Of a DNA stretch of 64,000 nucleotides, positions 1 through 9,192 are shown one piece after another. Both the position numbers and the translations under genes were made by a program. Where the stretch lies: NCBI GenBank assembly GCA_963781585.1, contig CAWAGQ010000008.1, positions 128,001 to 192,000 on the forward strand, given 5' to 3'. This DNA is from an uncultured Gemmatimonadaceae bacterium. GTDB lineage: Bacteria > Gemmatimonadota > Gemmatimonadetes > Gemmatimonadales > Gemmatimonadaceae. The notes below the pieces were generated by a model. That model had not been told where the DNA came from. It made no database searches and saw nothing but the letters and a program-made list of their open reading frames with translations. Position 1 is the stretch's first letter; each line of letters begins with the position of its first letter.

Positions 1-2
1 TC

Positions 3-746
3 GACTACCAGGGCGTCGAGGAGATGTTCTCGGCCGCCAGGGACATGGCCAAGGGAGCGGCCCTGATGACCGGCGCGCAGCTCGACACCGTCATCATCCT
101 CGGCTCCGCGTGGAACGGCTGGTTCAACCGGACGATCGCCCAGACGATGCAGAAGAACATCGAGCGCGTGGGGATGCCTTCGTGGGACGCGGCCGACGAG
201 ACGATGGCGCGCGGGCTGCAACACGAGCTGGGCGTGCGCGAGTCGGGGCTGTCCACGCAGGTCAACCAGCTGCGCGACGCCACGCCCACCGCCGGCCGAG
301 GTGGCCGCGGCGGCGGTGGAGGCGGCGGCGGTTCCGACGACATCGGCGACGTGTCGTGGACCGTGCCGACGGTGACGCTGCGCTATCCGTCGAACATCCC
401 CGGCGGGCCGGGGCACAACTGGGCGAACGCGATCTCGATGGCCACTCCCATCGCCCACAAGGGGGCGGTGACGGGAGCCAAGGTCCAGGCGCTGACCATG
501 CTGGATATTCTGCTCACGCCGAAGGTCGTGGCCGACGCGTGGGACTATTTCCGCAACATCCAGACCAGGGACATCAAGTATACGCCGTTCATCGGGCCTA
601 ACGACCAGCCGGCGATCTGGCTCAACGCCGAGATCATGGCGAAGTACCGCCCGGAGATGAAGAAGTTCTACTACGACCCGGCGAAGTTCAAAACATATCT
701 GGAGCAGCTGGGGATCAAGTATCCGACGCTGAGGTCGATTCAATAG
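3..746 (+). CDS. M20-family amidohydrolase (AbgB-like), 5'-truncated by window edge
   Basis: Open frame from window start; motifs GSDDIGDVSW.VPT, PGH.W, HKG typical of AbgB-like M20 C-termini. Confidence 0.8.
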   Translation, partial: DYQGVEEMFSAARDMAKGAALMTGAQLDTVIILGSAWNGWFNRTIAQTMQKNIERVGMPSWDAADETMARGLQHELGVRESGLSTQVNQLRDATPTAGRGGRGGGGGGGGSDDIGDVSWTVPTVTLRYPSNIPGGPGHNWANAISMATPIAHKGAVTGAKVQALTMLDILLTPKVVADAWDYFRNIQTRDIKYTPFIGPNDQPAIWLNAEIMAKYRPEMKKFYYDPAKFKTYLEQLGIKYPTLRSIQ

Positions 747-748
747 AA

Positions 749-830
749 ACAGCTGTCAGTGGGCAGTTATCAGTGATCAGCGGTGAGCTCACAGCGGTCA
801 GCAGTCAGCTGTCAGCTCTCGGTCGTCAGG
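749..830. repeat. Degenerate heptamer tandem repeat (CAGCNGT/CAGTGAT-type) between convergent genes
   Basis: cagctgt cagtggg cagttat cagtgat cagcggt ... cagcggt cagcagt cagctgt cagc. Confidence 0.75.
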
Positions 831-963
831 TCTACGTCCCAGATGCCTGTCGCTCGCGGTCAGGAGTTGTTCATCCGGCTCCCATCCACGCGCCCTGATG
901 TTCCTTGCTCACTCCCGCGTCTGGCATGTCTTTGCGAAACCGCTTGCTGTCGCGAGATCGTGT

Positions 964-2142
964 CTACGGCCTGACGATTCGTCGGAGCACAAGAGTCTCT
1001 GTTCCGTCCCCATCGACCTCGTTGAGCAGCATCTGGTCGCGGCGAATGGCCAGGGGAGTCGCGGTGATCGCCATGTTGAGGCGACCGAGTAGTGCTCCCG
1101 CCGCGTTGGTGACGAGCCAGGTTGCCGAGTCGGCGCCGGCGGGCGCGTACGCGCGGATCCAGACGTTGCCGTCTGTATCGATGCGCAACTCGGCCAACAA
1201 TGGCGCTGGCAGAGATTGCCTCCTCTTCCGCATCTCCGCACCAAGCAGCGCGCGCTGCTGCGGATCGCGCATGAATTCCAGTTCCCGCGCCACTTCCGCC
1301 TCGGTGACCCGGCGCGCGGCGAGAGGCACGGTGAAGCGCCGAAGGATCTCAGCGGTTGCCGAATACGCGACGAACTGACCGGTCATGTTCTCGCCGATAA
1401 TGAGCGTGTCGTTCGCCATGGCGACGTGCGCCTGCGCTCCGAACGGCAGTCGAATCGCGCGAAAGCTCCTCCCCGCCTCGTACACGAACCACTCCGCACC
1501 AGGTACACGCACCACGGTGTCACGCGCTTCCCCAGCGGGACTCAGCCTGACGATGCTGATCGTGTCGCGCACCACGCCGCGCACCGTCCGCGGGTCGTAC
1601 GCTCCCGCTTGCACCACCACGATGCTCCCCTCGGCAGTGAAGCCGACGGGGAACGCGCCCACAGGGGCGCCAAACATTCGTGCGAAGCGCCCCACGGGGT
1701 CGAGCACCGTGAATCGACTCGCCAGCACGTCGAACACCAGGATCGAGTCATCGATTCGCCCCATCCAGCCGACGCTGCGGAACTCACCCGGTCCGGATCC
1801 TTCCCGCCCAACGACGGTGCGCAGACGCCCATCCTTGTCGAAGATCAGCACCTGCCGCCTCCCTGAGTTTCCGACGACGATTCCGCCGTCATCACCGAGC
1901 AGAGCCGAGTTCGCGTTGAGCAACTGGAGAGGGCTCACCGGATCGCGGGATCCTATCCGGACGGCGGCGCTGGTATCGAGTGTCCACGTCACGGCCGCGG
2001 GCGGTGGTGATCTGCTCGGTTCGCAGCTCGCAAGGAAGCCCATTGCCATCGCAGCGTGGATCGCCGCACCGCCGCCGCGGCGAACCCTTGCACGAAAGCG
2101 TGTGACAGCCCGGCTGGTTCCGAGAGGCGCGCTCGAGGTCAT
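964..2142 (-). CDS. 6-bladed beta-propeller protein (TolB/NHL-like), probable lipoprotein
   Basis: GR.GSGPGEF motif, FD.DG repeats, C-terminal D.DGNVW; FLASC lipobox-like segment; start uncertain (2142 or 2049). Confidence 0.7.
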   Translation of the reverse strand: MTSSAPLGTSRAVTRFRARVRRGGGAAIHAAMAMGFLASCEPSRSPPPAAVTWTLDTSAAVRIGSRDPVSPLQLLNANSALLGDDGGIVVGNSGRRQVLIFDKDGRLRTVVGREGSGPGEFRSVGWMGRIDDSILVFDVLASRFTVLDPVGRFARMFGAPVGAFPVGFTAEGSIVVVQAGAYDPRTVRGVVRDTISIVRLSPAGEARDTVVRVPGAEWFVYEAGRSFRAIRLPFGAQAHVAMANDTLIIGENMTGQFVAYSATAEILRRFTVPLAARRVTEAEVARELEFMRDPQQRALLGAEMRKRRQSLPAPLLAELRIDTDGNVWIRAYAPAGADSATWLVTNAAGALLGRLNMAITATPLAIRRDQMLLNEVDGDGTETLVLRRIVRP

Positions 2143-2426
2143 CGAACGGCGAAGGTAAGCTCCAACGGGTTGAGCGACTCGTCGCGTAGGTGGGGGAGGG
2201 GGAACGTTTGCCCGGCGAAACGAGTTAGCAGCATGCATCAGACAGACGGCGGCAATGCCGTTCACGGCTTGTCACCATATTGGACAATCCGAAGCAGGCG
2301 TCAATGGCGACCTCCGGAATCCCGACCGGTCGCAGGGTTCCTCGCCGTCAACTCCCCCCGTTTCCGAGCATCGCCGCATTATCGCAACGACGCGCGACGC
2401 ACGCGGCCTCGCTCACTCGTGAACCA

Positions 2427-3947
2427 ATGCCTTCTTCTCTTCGCACTTCCCTCCACCAGAATCCTCTCGACATTCCGCCTGCCGAGTTCCGGCGGCTGGG
2501 ACATGCGGTCGTCGACGACCTGGCGGACTTCCTCGACGCCCTTCCGCACCGGCGCGTCACGTCCGGGGCGTCGCCCGCGACCCTCCGCACCGCGCTCGGG
2601 GGTGACGGACTTCCTGCTGAGGGCGCCGACCCGGGCGATCTGCTTCGCGAGGCCACGCGGCTGCTCGTGAAGGACTCGCTCTTCAACGGACACCCCCGGT
2701 TTCTGGGCTACATCACCTCGTCGGCATCGCCCACCGGCGCGCTCGCCGACCTGGTCGCCGCCGCGATCAATCCCAACGTGGGCGGCTTTGTCCTTTCCCC
2801 CGTTGCTACCGAGATCGAAGCCCAGGCGATACGGTGGATCGCCGAGTTGTTAGGCTGTTCGCCCTCGTGCGGCGGCCTGTTCGTGAGCGGTGGCAACATG
2901 GCGAACTTCGTCGCGTTCCTGGCCGCCAGGCGAGCGAAGGCGCCATGGGATGTCCGCGCGCTGGGGCTCCGTGGTGGCGACCGCCAGCTCGTCGCCTACG
3001 CCTCGAAGGAAACGCACACCTGGTTCCAGAAGGCGGCCGACCTCTTCGGGCTCGGACTCTCCGCCATCCGGTGGATCGAGGTGGACGCGGAGCAGCGCAT
3101 GATCGTGTCGGATCTCGAGCGGCAGATCGCGGCCGATCGTCAGGCGGGCGCGTTCCCCTTTCTGGTGGTCGGCACCGCCGGCACGGTGAGTACCGGCGCC
3201 GTCGATCCGCTGCGCGAGATCGCCGCCGTCTGCCGGACGCACGACCTCTGGTTTCACGTCGACGGCGCATACGGGGCGCCGGCGGCAGCGCTGCCCGACG
3301 CGCCTGACGATCTCAAGGCGCTCGCACTGGCGGACTCGGTGGCGGTCGATCCTCACAAGTGGCTGTACGCGCCGATCGAGGCAGGGTGCATCCTGGTCCG
3401 CGACCCGCAGCATCTCATGGATGCGTTCAGCTTTCATCCCGAGTACTACCACTTCGCCGAGATGGAGGGCGAGCAGCCGCGCAACTATTACGAGTACGGG
3501 CCACAGAATTCGCGCGGATTCCGGGCGCTCAAGGTGTGGCTGGGTCTGCGCCAGGCCGGCCGCGCCGGACACGCACAGCTGATTCGTGAAGACATCGCGC
3601 TGGCGCGTCACCTTTACGACGAAGTCCGGAAGACGCCCGAACTCGAGGTGCTGACCCACAACCTCAGCATCACGACATTCCGCTACGTCCCCCCGGATCG
3701 TCAGGCGCCCGGCGACGAATCGGCGGACTATCTCAACGACCTGAACGCGGCGCTGCTCGAGCGGCTGCAGGCCGAGGGGGAGGTGTTCCTCTCGAATGCG
3801 CTCATCGACGGGGCGTTCGTGCTGCGCGCGTGCGTGGTGAACTTCCGCACCACCCGGATCGACATCGAGGCCATCCCGGGCATCGTGGTGCGCGTGGGAC
3901 GCGAGGTACACGCGGGGATGGCTCCCTCGCGCTCCTCTTCGACCTGA
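2427..3947 (+). CDS. PLP-dependent group II (aromatic-L-amino-acid/DAB-type) decarboxylase
   Basis: WFHVDGAYG and DPHKWLY (PLP lysine) motifs, SGG.MAN, GT.STGAVDPL, SRGFRALKVW. Confidence 0.9.
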   Translation: MPSSLRTSLHQNPLDIPPAEFRRLGHAVVDDLADFLDALPHRRVTSGASPATLRTALGGDGLPAEGADPGDLLREATRLLVKDSLFNGHPRFLGYITSSASPTGALADLVAAAINPNVGGFVLSPVATEIEAQAIRWIAELLGCSPSCGGLFVSGGNMANFVAFLAARRAKAPWDVRALGLRGGDRQLVAYASKETHTWFQKAADLFGLGLSAIRWIEVDAEQRMIVSDLERQIAADRQAGAFPFLVVGTAGTVSTGAVDPLREIAAVCRTHDLWFHVDGAYGAPAAALPDAPDDLKALALADSVAVDPHKWLYAPIEAGCILVRDPQHLMDAFSFHPEYYHFAEMEGEQPRNYYEYGPQNSRGFRALKVWLGLRQAGRAGHAQLIREDIALARHLYDEVRKTPELEVLTHNLSITTFRYVPPDRQAPGDESADYLNDLNAALLERLQAEGEVFLSNALIDGAFVLRACVVNFRTTRIDIEAIPGIVVRVGREVHAGMAPSRSSST

Positions 3948-3977
3948 CTTCAAAGCGGCCAGGAATGATCTGTGGTA

Positions 3978-4048
3978 CCTGGCCTCTGGCCGCTGGCCTT
4001 TGGCCCCTGACCTGGGCCGCTGACCTTTGGCCCTTGGCCTTTGGCCTC
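3978..4048. repeat. Degenerate TGGCCTT heptamer repeat
   Basis: tggcctc tggccgc tggcctt tggcccc ... tggccct tggcctt tggcctc. Confidence 0.8.
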
Positions 4049-4155
4049 AAGCCCCATCAAACCCTTTCCGCCGAGACGGTGTCTATTATCCCGACAATGT
4101 CAGTGAAATAGCCCGCTCCTTTCGCCTTTGGCCTTTGACCCTGGACTCTCGCCCC

Positions 4156-4482
4156 GTGCCCCAGTCCCTCGGTGAATTCGAGCAGCTCGTCCTTCTCGCC
4201 CTCGCCCGGCTGGACGATGCAGCCTACGGCGTCACGGTGCAGCAGGAGATCACGCGACACGCGCGCCGCGAGGTCGGACTCGGCAGTGTCTACAAGACCC
4301 TGAGCCGCCTCGAGACCAAAGGGATGGTCGAGTCGTGGGCCGGCGAACCCCTTCCGATCCGCGGCGGTCGGCGGAAGAAACACTATCGCCTCCTCCCCGC
4401 CGGATCCCGCGAGCTCCAGCGGTCGCTGGCCGCGCTGCGCGGCATGACGCGCGGGCTCGCGCCACGGCTGGAGCTGCGATGA
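4156..4482 (+). CDS. PadR-family transcriptional regulator (Acidobacteria/Gemmatimonas type)
   Basis: LGEFEQLVLLAL...AYG...GSVY.TL.RLE.KG...GGR.KK.Y; GTG start; ATGA overlap with downstream permease. Confidence 0.9.
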   Translation: MPQSLGEFEQLVLLALARLDDAAYGVTVQQEITRHARREVGLGSVYKTLSRLETKGMVESWAGEPLPIRGGRRKKHYRLLPAGSRELQRSLAALRGMTRGLAPRLELR

Positions 4483-7142
4483 CGGACCACGAAGGGCGTG
4501 CGCTGCAACCGCCGAGCCTCGCGGTGACGCTCCTGTCGCGCCGCCTCCCCGACCTCGATCGCGAGTTCATTCTCGGCGACCTCGAGGAAGCCTTTCACAA
4601 TCGGGTGAGCGCAGTGGGTCGGCGATCGGCCCGACGCTGGTTCTGGCGCGAGGCCCTTCGGATGCTCCTTTCTCCCTGGCCATCACCTCGGGCGCCTCGC
4701 GTGCCTGACGCTCCACAGGAGACCGGTATGCGCTCGCTCCTCAGTGATCTGCGATTCGCCGTCCGCACCATCGCTCGCACGCCCGGTGTGAGCGCGCTCA
4801 TCGTACTCACGCTGGCGCTCGGCATTGGCGCGGCGAGCGGCATCTTCAGCATCGTCTATCCGGCTCTGTTCGAGCTCCCCGGCCTGCGCGACCCCTCCCG
4901 GGTGGTGCTCCTCTGGGAGCGCGAGCGCGCGGGTACCGAGAGCAACGTCGGCTACCTCACCTTCACCGACCTCCAGCGCGAGACGAAAAGCCTCGAGTCG
5001 GCCGCTGCGATGAGCTATTGGCAGCCGATCATCCGGGGAGGCAGCGAGCCCGAGCGGCTCGACGGCCAACGCGTCACCGCCCGGTTCTTCCACGTACTCG
5101 GCGTCCAGCCGTTGTTAGGCAGGGACTTCGCGCCGGAGGAGGACCGGAACGGCGCCAACCGGGTCCTCATCCTGACCTACGGCCTCTGGCAGCGCCGGTT
5201 CGGCGGCGACAGTGCCATCATCGGCCGGACGGTCCCCCTCGGCGACACGCCCTACACCGTCGTTGGCGTGCTTCCACCGGACTTCGAGAGCGTTCTCGCT
5301 CCCGGCTCGGAGATCTTCGGGCCGCTGGGATATGACGCCTCGCTCCCCTACGCCTGCCGAAGCTGCCGCCACCTCCGGGTGGTCGCCCGTGTTCGCAATG
5401 GCTTCACGATCGCCAGCGCCGAGCGCGAGCTGAGTGCGCTGATGCCCACGATCATCGCGCAGGCGCCGCAGGACTACGACGACAATGGCGTTTCGCTCGT
5501 CCCGCTGCACGACTACATGACTCGCATGGCCAGGCCGGCGCTCCTCGCCCTGGTGGGGGCCGTCGGATTCGTCCTGCTCATCGCCTGCGCAAATGCCGCA
5601 AATCTCATCCTCGGGCGCACGATTCGTCGCGAGTCGGAGTTCGCGGTGCGGACGGCGCTCGGCGCCGGCCGACGCCGCCTGGTTCGACTGATCCTGAGTG
5701 AGAGTCTGGTGCTGGCCCTGGTCGCGGGGGCGCTAGGCGCGGTTCTCGCGGTCGTGGGAGTACGCCTCTTCCTGCGATTCCAGCCCGCAGGCATACCCCG
5801 CATCGAGCACATTCGCGTCAATGGAGTCGTGCTCGCGTTCACCTTCCTGGTGGCGATGCTGACGGGGCTGGCGGCAAGTCTGCTGCCCGCGATCGCGACG
5901 GCCCGCAGCGATCTGCACGGGTTGCTGAAGGCCGGCGCGCGCGGATTGTCGCAGGGGGTGCGTCATCGTCTCCGGGCGATGCTGGTGATCACCGAAGTCG
6001 CGCTCGCCGTCACGTTGCTCGCTGGCGCGACGCTCCTGTTCGAGAGCCTCAGCCGGCTGCTCGCGGTCAATACCGGTTTCGACGTCCACAACCGCCTGAC
6101 GATGGAAGTGCAGGTTTCCGGCTCGAAGTATCGCGACAACGCGCTGGTTCAGCAGTTCTTCCACGATGCGGTGGATGCCGTCGCGGCGGTTCCCGGCGTG
6201 CTGGCGGCGGGAGCCGCGAGCGAGCTCCCGCTGGGCGGAAACATCGACATGTACGGCGTGCACAGTGATGTGAATCCGGACCCCGCTTCCGAGCGGGATC
6301 CGTCCGCCCTCCGGTACTCGATGACAGCCGATTTTCTCCAGGCGATGGGCATCTCCGTGCGCCGTGGACGCACGATCACGGCCGACGAGGTGCGTCGATC
6401 GGACCCGGTCGTGCTGATCAACCAGGTCATGGCACAGCGGCTCTACGGCGCGGCCGATCCACTCGGTCACCGCATCCATATCGGTGGTCCGGACAATCCC
6501 TGGCTGACGATCGTGGGCGTGGTGGGGAACGCGCACCATCGTGGCCTCGACTCGGGCGACGAGCTGCAGATGTATCTGCCGGTTGGCCAGCCCTACACCG
6601 ACGGCGGCATGTCCCTGGTGGCCAGGACGGCGGGCGATCCTTCGTCGTTCGCCTCAGCAATCCGGCGCGCCGTCCGGTCGGTCGATCCCAACGTGGCGAT
6701 CGAAAAGGTGGCGACGATGGAATCGCTGCTGGCGCAATCGACCTCCCAGCGACGACTCGCGCTCACCACGTTCGGGGTGTTCGCGCTGATCGCGCTGGCG
6801 CTGGCGGCGGCCGGCATTTTTGGCGTCCTCGCCACCTCGGTCGCCGAGCGGACCCGGGAGATCGGAGTTCGCACCGCGTTAGGCGCCCCGCAGTCGCGGA
6901 TCCTCGGCATGGTGGTGCGGCAGGGACTGCGGCTCACGATGGTCGGACTGCTGTTGGGCATCGGGGGTGCGCTCGCCGCCGGCCGGCTGATCGAGCGGCT
7001 GCTGTTCGGCGTGCGCCCCCACGATCCACTGGCACTCCTGCTGGTCAGCGCAGTCCTCGGCGTGATCGCGGTGGTGGCGTGTGCCATCCCGGCCTTGCGC
7101 GCCTCCCGCGTCGATCCGGTGATCGCCCTGCGGGACAGTTAG
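4479..7142 (+). CDS. ADOP-type duplicated ABC transporter permease (MacB_PCD/FtsX x2)
   Basis: GDLEE permease-prefix segment, LLIACAN.ANL, RTREIGVR.ALGA, PA.RASRVDP..ALR; follows PadR. Confidence 0.92.
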   Translation: MTDHEGRALQPPSLAVTLLSRRLPDLDREFILGDLEEAFHNRVSAVGRRSARRWFWREALRMLLSPWPSPRAPRVPDAPQETGMRSLLSDLRFAVRTIARTPGVSALIVLTLALGIGAASGIFSIVYPALFELPGLRDPSRVVLLWERERAGTESNVGYLTFTDLQRETKSLESAAAMSYWQPIIRGGSEPERLDGQRVTARFFHVLGVQPLLGRDFAPEEDRNGANRVLILTYGLWQRRFGGDSAIIGRTVPLGDTPYTVVGVLPPDFESVLAPGSEIFGPLGYDASLPYACRSCRHLRVVARVRNGFTIASAERELSALMPTIIAQAPQDYDDNGVSLVPLHDYMTRMARPALLALVGAVGFVLLIACANAANLILGRTIRRESEFAVRTALGAGRRRLVRLILSESLVLALVAGALGAVLAVVGVRLFLRFQPAGIPRIEHIRVNGVVLAFTFLVAMLTGLAASLLPAIATARSDLHGLLKAGARGLSQGVRHRLRAMLVITEVALAVTLLAGATLLFESLSRLLAVNTGFDVHNRLTMEVQVSGSKYRDNALVQQFFHDAVDAVAAVPGVLAAGAASELPLGGNIDMYGVHSDVNPDPASERDPSALRYSMTADFLQAMGISVRRGRTITADEVRRSDPVVLINQVMAQRLYGAADPLGHRIHIGGPDNPWLTIVGVVGNAHHRGLDSGDELQMYLPVGQPYTDGGMSLVARTAGDPSSFASAIRRAVRSVDPNVAIEKVATMESLLAQSTSQRRLALTTFGVFALIALALAAAGIFGVLATSVAERTREIGVRTALGAPQSRILGMVVRQGLRLTMVGLLLGIGGALAAGRLIERLLFGVRPHDPLALLLVSAVLGVIAVVACAIPALRASRVDPVIALRDS

Positions 7143-7320
7143 GTCACAGGCCAGGCCGGTCGGAGTCCATCGACCGGGCCGCGGGGCGGCGGATGACCGA
7201 CGCCCTCGGACCGGCGGGTCGGTTGGTGGCTTTGGCTTTGGCCTTTGGCCCTTCAGTTCCATTGACTCCCTTCACGGAGCAGGCTAGCGTCGTCCTGGTA
7301 CTGGCCCCGAAGGTGTTGTC

Positions 7321-9192
7321 ATGCGTCGACATCCCTGGACCGCCCTGGCGGGGCGCTGTGCGTTCGTCGCTGCCTCGGTACATCTGTTCGCCAGTCGCCC
7401 GCTCCCGGCGCAGGTCGTCACCGGGACGGTCACCGATGCCCTGTCGGGCGCCCCGGTTGGTGGCGCCGTGGTGACGCTCACCGGGCGCGCGGGGAACGCC
7501 GGCCTGCGACGCACCATCAGCGACCGGGACGGAACGTTCGCCCTCGGCGCTCCCGCCGCCGGCTCGTACGCGCTCGACATACGCGCCATCGGTTTCACAC
7601 CGTGGATCGACAGCACCATCACGTTAGGCGCCGGTGAATCACGCGTCGAACCGGTCTCCCTCAGGCCGTTCACCGTCCGGTTGGCGACCGTCCGTGTGCA
7701 GGGGCGCAGCGCCTGTCGCCGGTCCGGCGATCTCGATGTGGTCACCACCGAGGTGTGGGACAACGTGTGGGCGGCACTGGCATCCACGGAAATCGCGCAC
7801 GCCCAACAGGTCCAGGCCGATGTCTTCATGTACACCCGGGAGTACGACGCCGAGTCGGGCGTGGTGCTCCATGAGGACCACAACATTCTGCAGGTGCGGG
7901 ATGAGCGTCCGTTCCGCACCGCGCCGCCGGCCGATCTTGCCCGTTACGGCTACTGGCGCCAGACCCTCGGCGGGCAGATCAACTACTACGGGCCCGACGC
8001 GCAGGTGCTGATGTCGCCGGAGTTTCTCGCCAGCCACTGCTTCTCGCTCGTCCGCGACGACAGCGCCGCAGCCCCGCGAATCGGACTCACCTTCCGGCCC
8101 ACCCGCGCCAACACCAACGACGTGGAAGGGGTGCTGTGGATCGATGCGTTCAGCGGCGAACTGCGCGACCTCGAGTATGCCTACACCGGCCTTCAGCCGC
8201 TGCGCGGGCGCCGCGCCGAAGGCCGCATCTCGTTCTCGCGCCTGCCCAACGGCGTCTGGGTGGACGATCGCTGGCTGATTCGCCACCCGCTGCAGCAGGA
8301 TGGATCCAGGCCGCCTCGTGACGCGCGCTCGCTGGATATTCGCGAGGGCGGCGGCTTCGTGCTGACCAGCCTGTCGAGGCAGGACCATTTCGTCACCGCG
8401 GTGGGTCACATCCGGGATGGCGTGAACCAGCCGGCTCGCGGCGCGACCGTGGAGGTCATCGGCACGGACAAGCGCGTGCTGGTGGATGATGAAGGGGCGT
8501 TCCGCATCGACACGATTCTGGCTGGCACCTACGAGATACGCGTGATGCGTGCCGGCTCGGCGGAGGCCGGCGGTTTCGTATTGCGGGGCACCCTGACCTT
8601 CGAGCCCGGTGGCGCGACGCGGGTGGACGTGAGCATTCCGGACGTCGGCCACATGGCGGCGGACCTGTGTGAGGGAAAGGCACGCGGCGATGGCGTTCCC
8701 CTGTACGGAGTGCTGCGCGACATCCACTCCGGCCGGCCGATCGCCAACTACCGCATGGAGGTCGGGTGGTCCACGCTCCTCGATTCGTCGGCCGGCACGC
8801 CGGTACGTCGCCGGGCCGGCGGAACCACCGTGACGTCGGATTGGCGCGGCGCTTTCCTCGTGTGCAACGTCACCCCGCGAAGTGACGTGCGCTTCCGCGC
8901 CGCTGGCGCGAAGGAGGAGGACTGGAGCCAGTTCCTCCCGGTGGGCTCGCAGCTGTTCGTCATCGAGATCGCGGTGGACACCGCCGCGAAGGGCTCGTCG
9001 GGCATGGGGACTTCAGCCGATCCAGACGCTCGCCGAGATCCCACCGAACAGCAGGCCGTGGAAATGCAGCGGCCCCGGCGCGCGCCGGGGCCGCTGCCTG
9101 ACGAGCCGTCCCCTCCGGTCAGGGGGAACCGGGTGGCCGTCCCGGGCGACCTCCCTGCCCCGGCCCGGCGCCGAAGCCGCGACCATTCTTGA
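7321..9192 (+). CDS. Secreted carboxypeptidase-regulatory-like domain protein
   Basis: Signal peptide ending AQ, VTGTVTDA..GAPV.GA.V domain, YGPDA..L.S..F...HCF motif shared with 25965-28421. Confidence 0.75.
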   Translation: MRRHPWTALAGRCAFVAASVHLFASRPLPAQVVTGTVTDALSGAPVGGAVVTLTGRAGNAGLRRTISDRDGTFALGAPAAGSYALDIRAIGFTPWIDSTITLGAGESRVEPVSLRPFTVRLATVRVQGRSACRRSGDLDVVTTEVWDNVWAALASTEIAHAQQVQADVFMYTREYDAESGVVLHEDHNILQVRDERPFRTAPPADLARYGYWRQTLGGQINYYGPDAQVLMSPEFLASHCFSLVRDDSAAAPRIGLTFRPTRANTNDVEGVLWIDAFSGELRDLEYAYTGLQPLRGRRAEGRISFSRLPNGVWVDDRWLIRHPLQQDGSRPPRDARSLDIREGGGFVLTSLSRQDHFVTAVGHIRDGVNQPARGATVEVIGTDKRVLVDDEGAFRIDTILAGTYEIRVMRAGSAEAGGFVLRGTLTFEPGGATRVDVSIPDVGHMAADLCEGKARGDGVPLYGVLRDIHSGRPIANYRMEVGWSTLLDSSAGTPVRRRAGGTTVTSDWRGAFLVCNVTPRSDVRFRAAGAKEEDWSQFLPVGSQLFVIEIAVDTAAKGSSGMGTSADPDARRDPTEQQAVEMQRPRRAPGPLPDEPSPPVRGNRVAVPGDLPAPARRRSRDHS

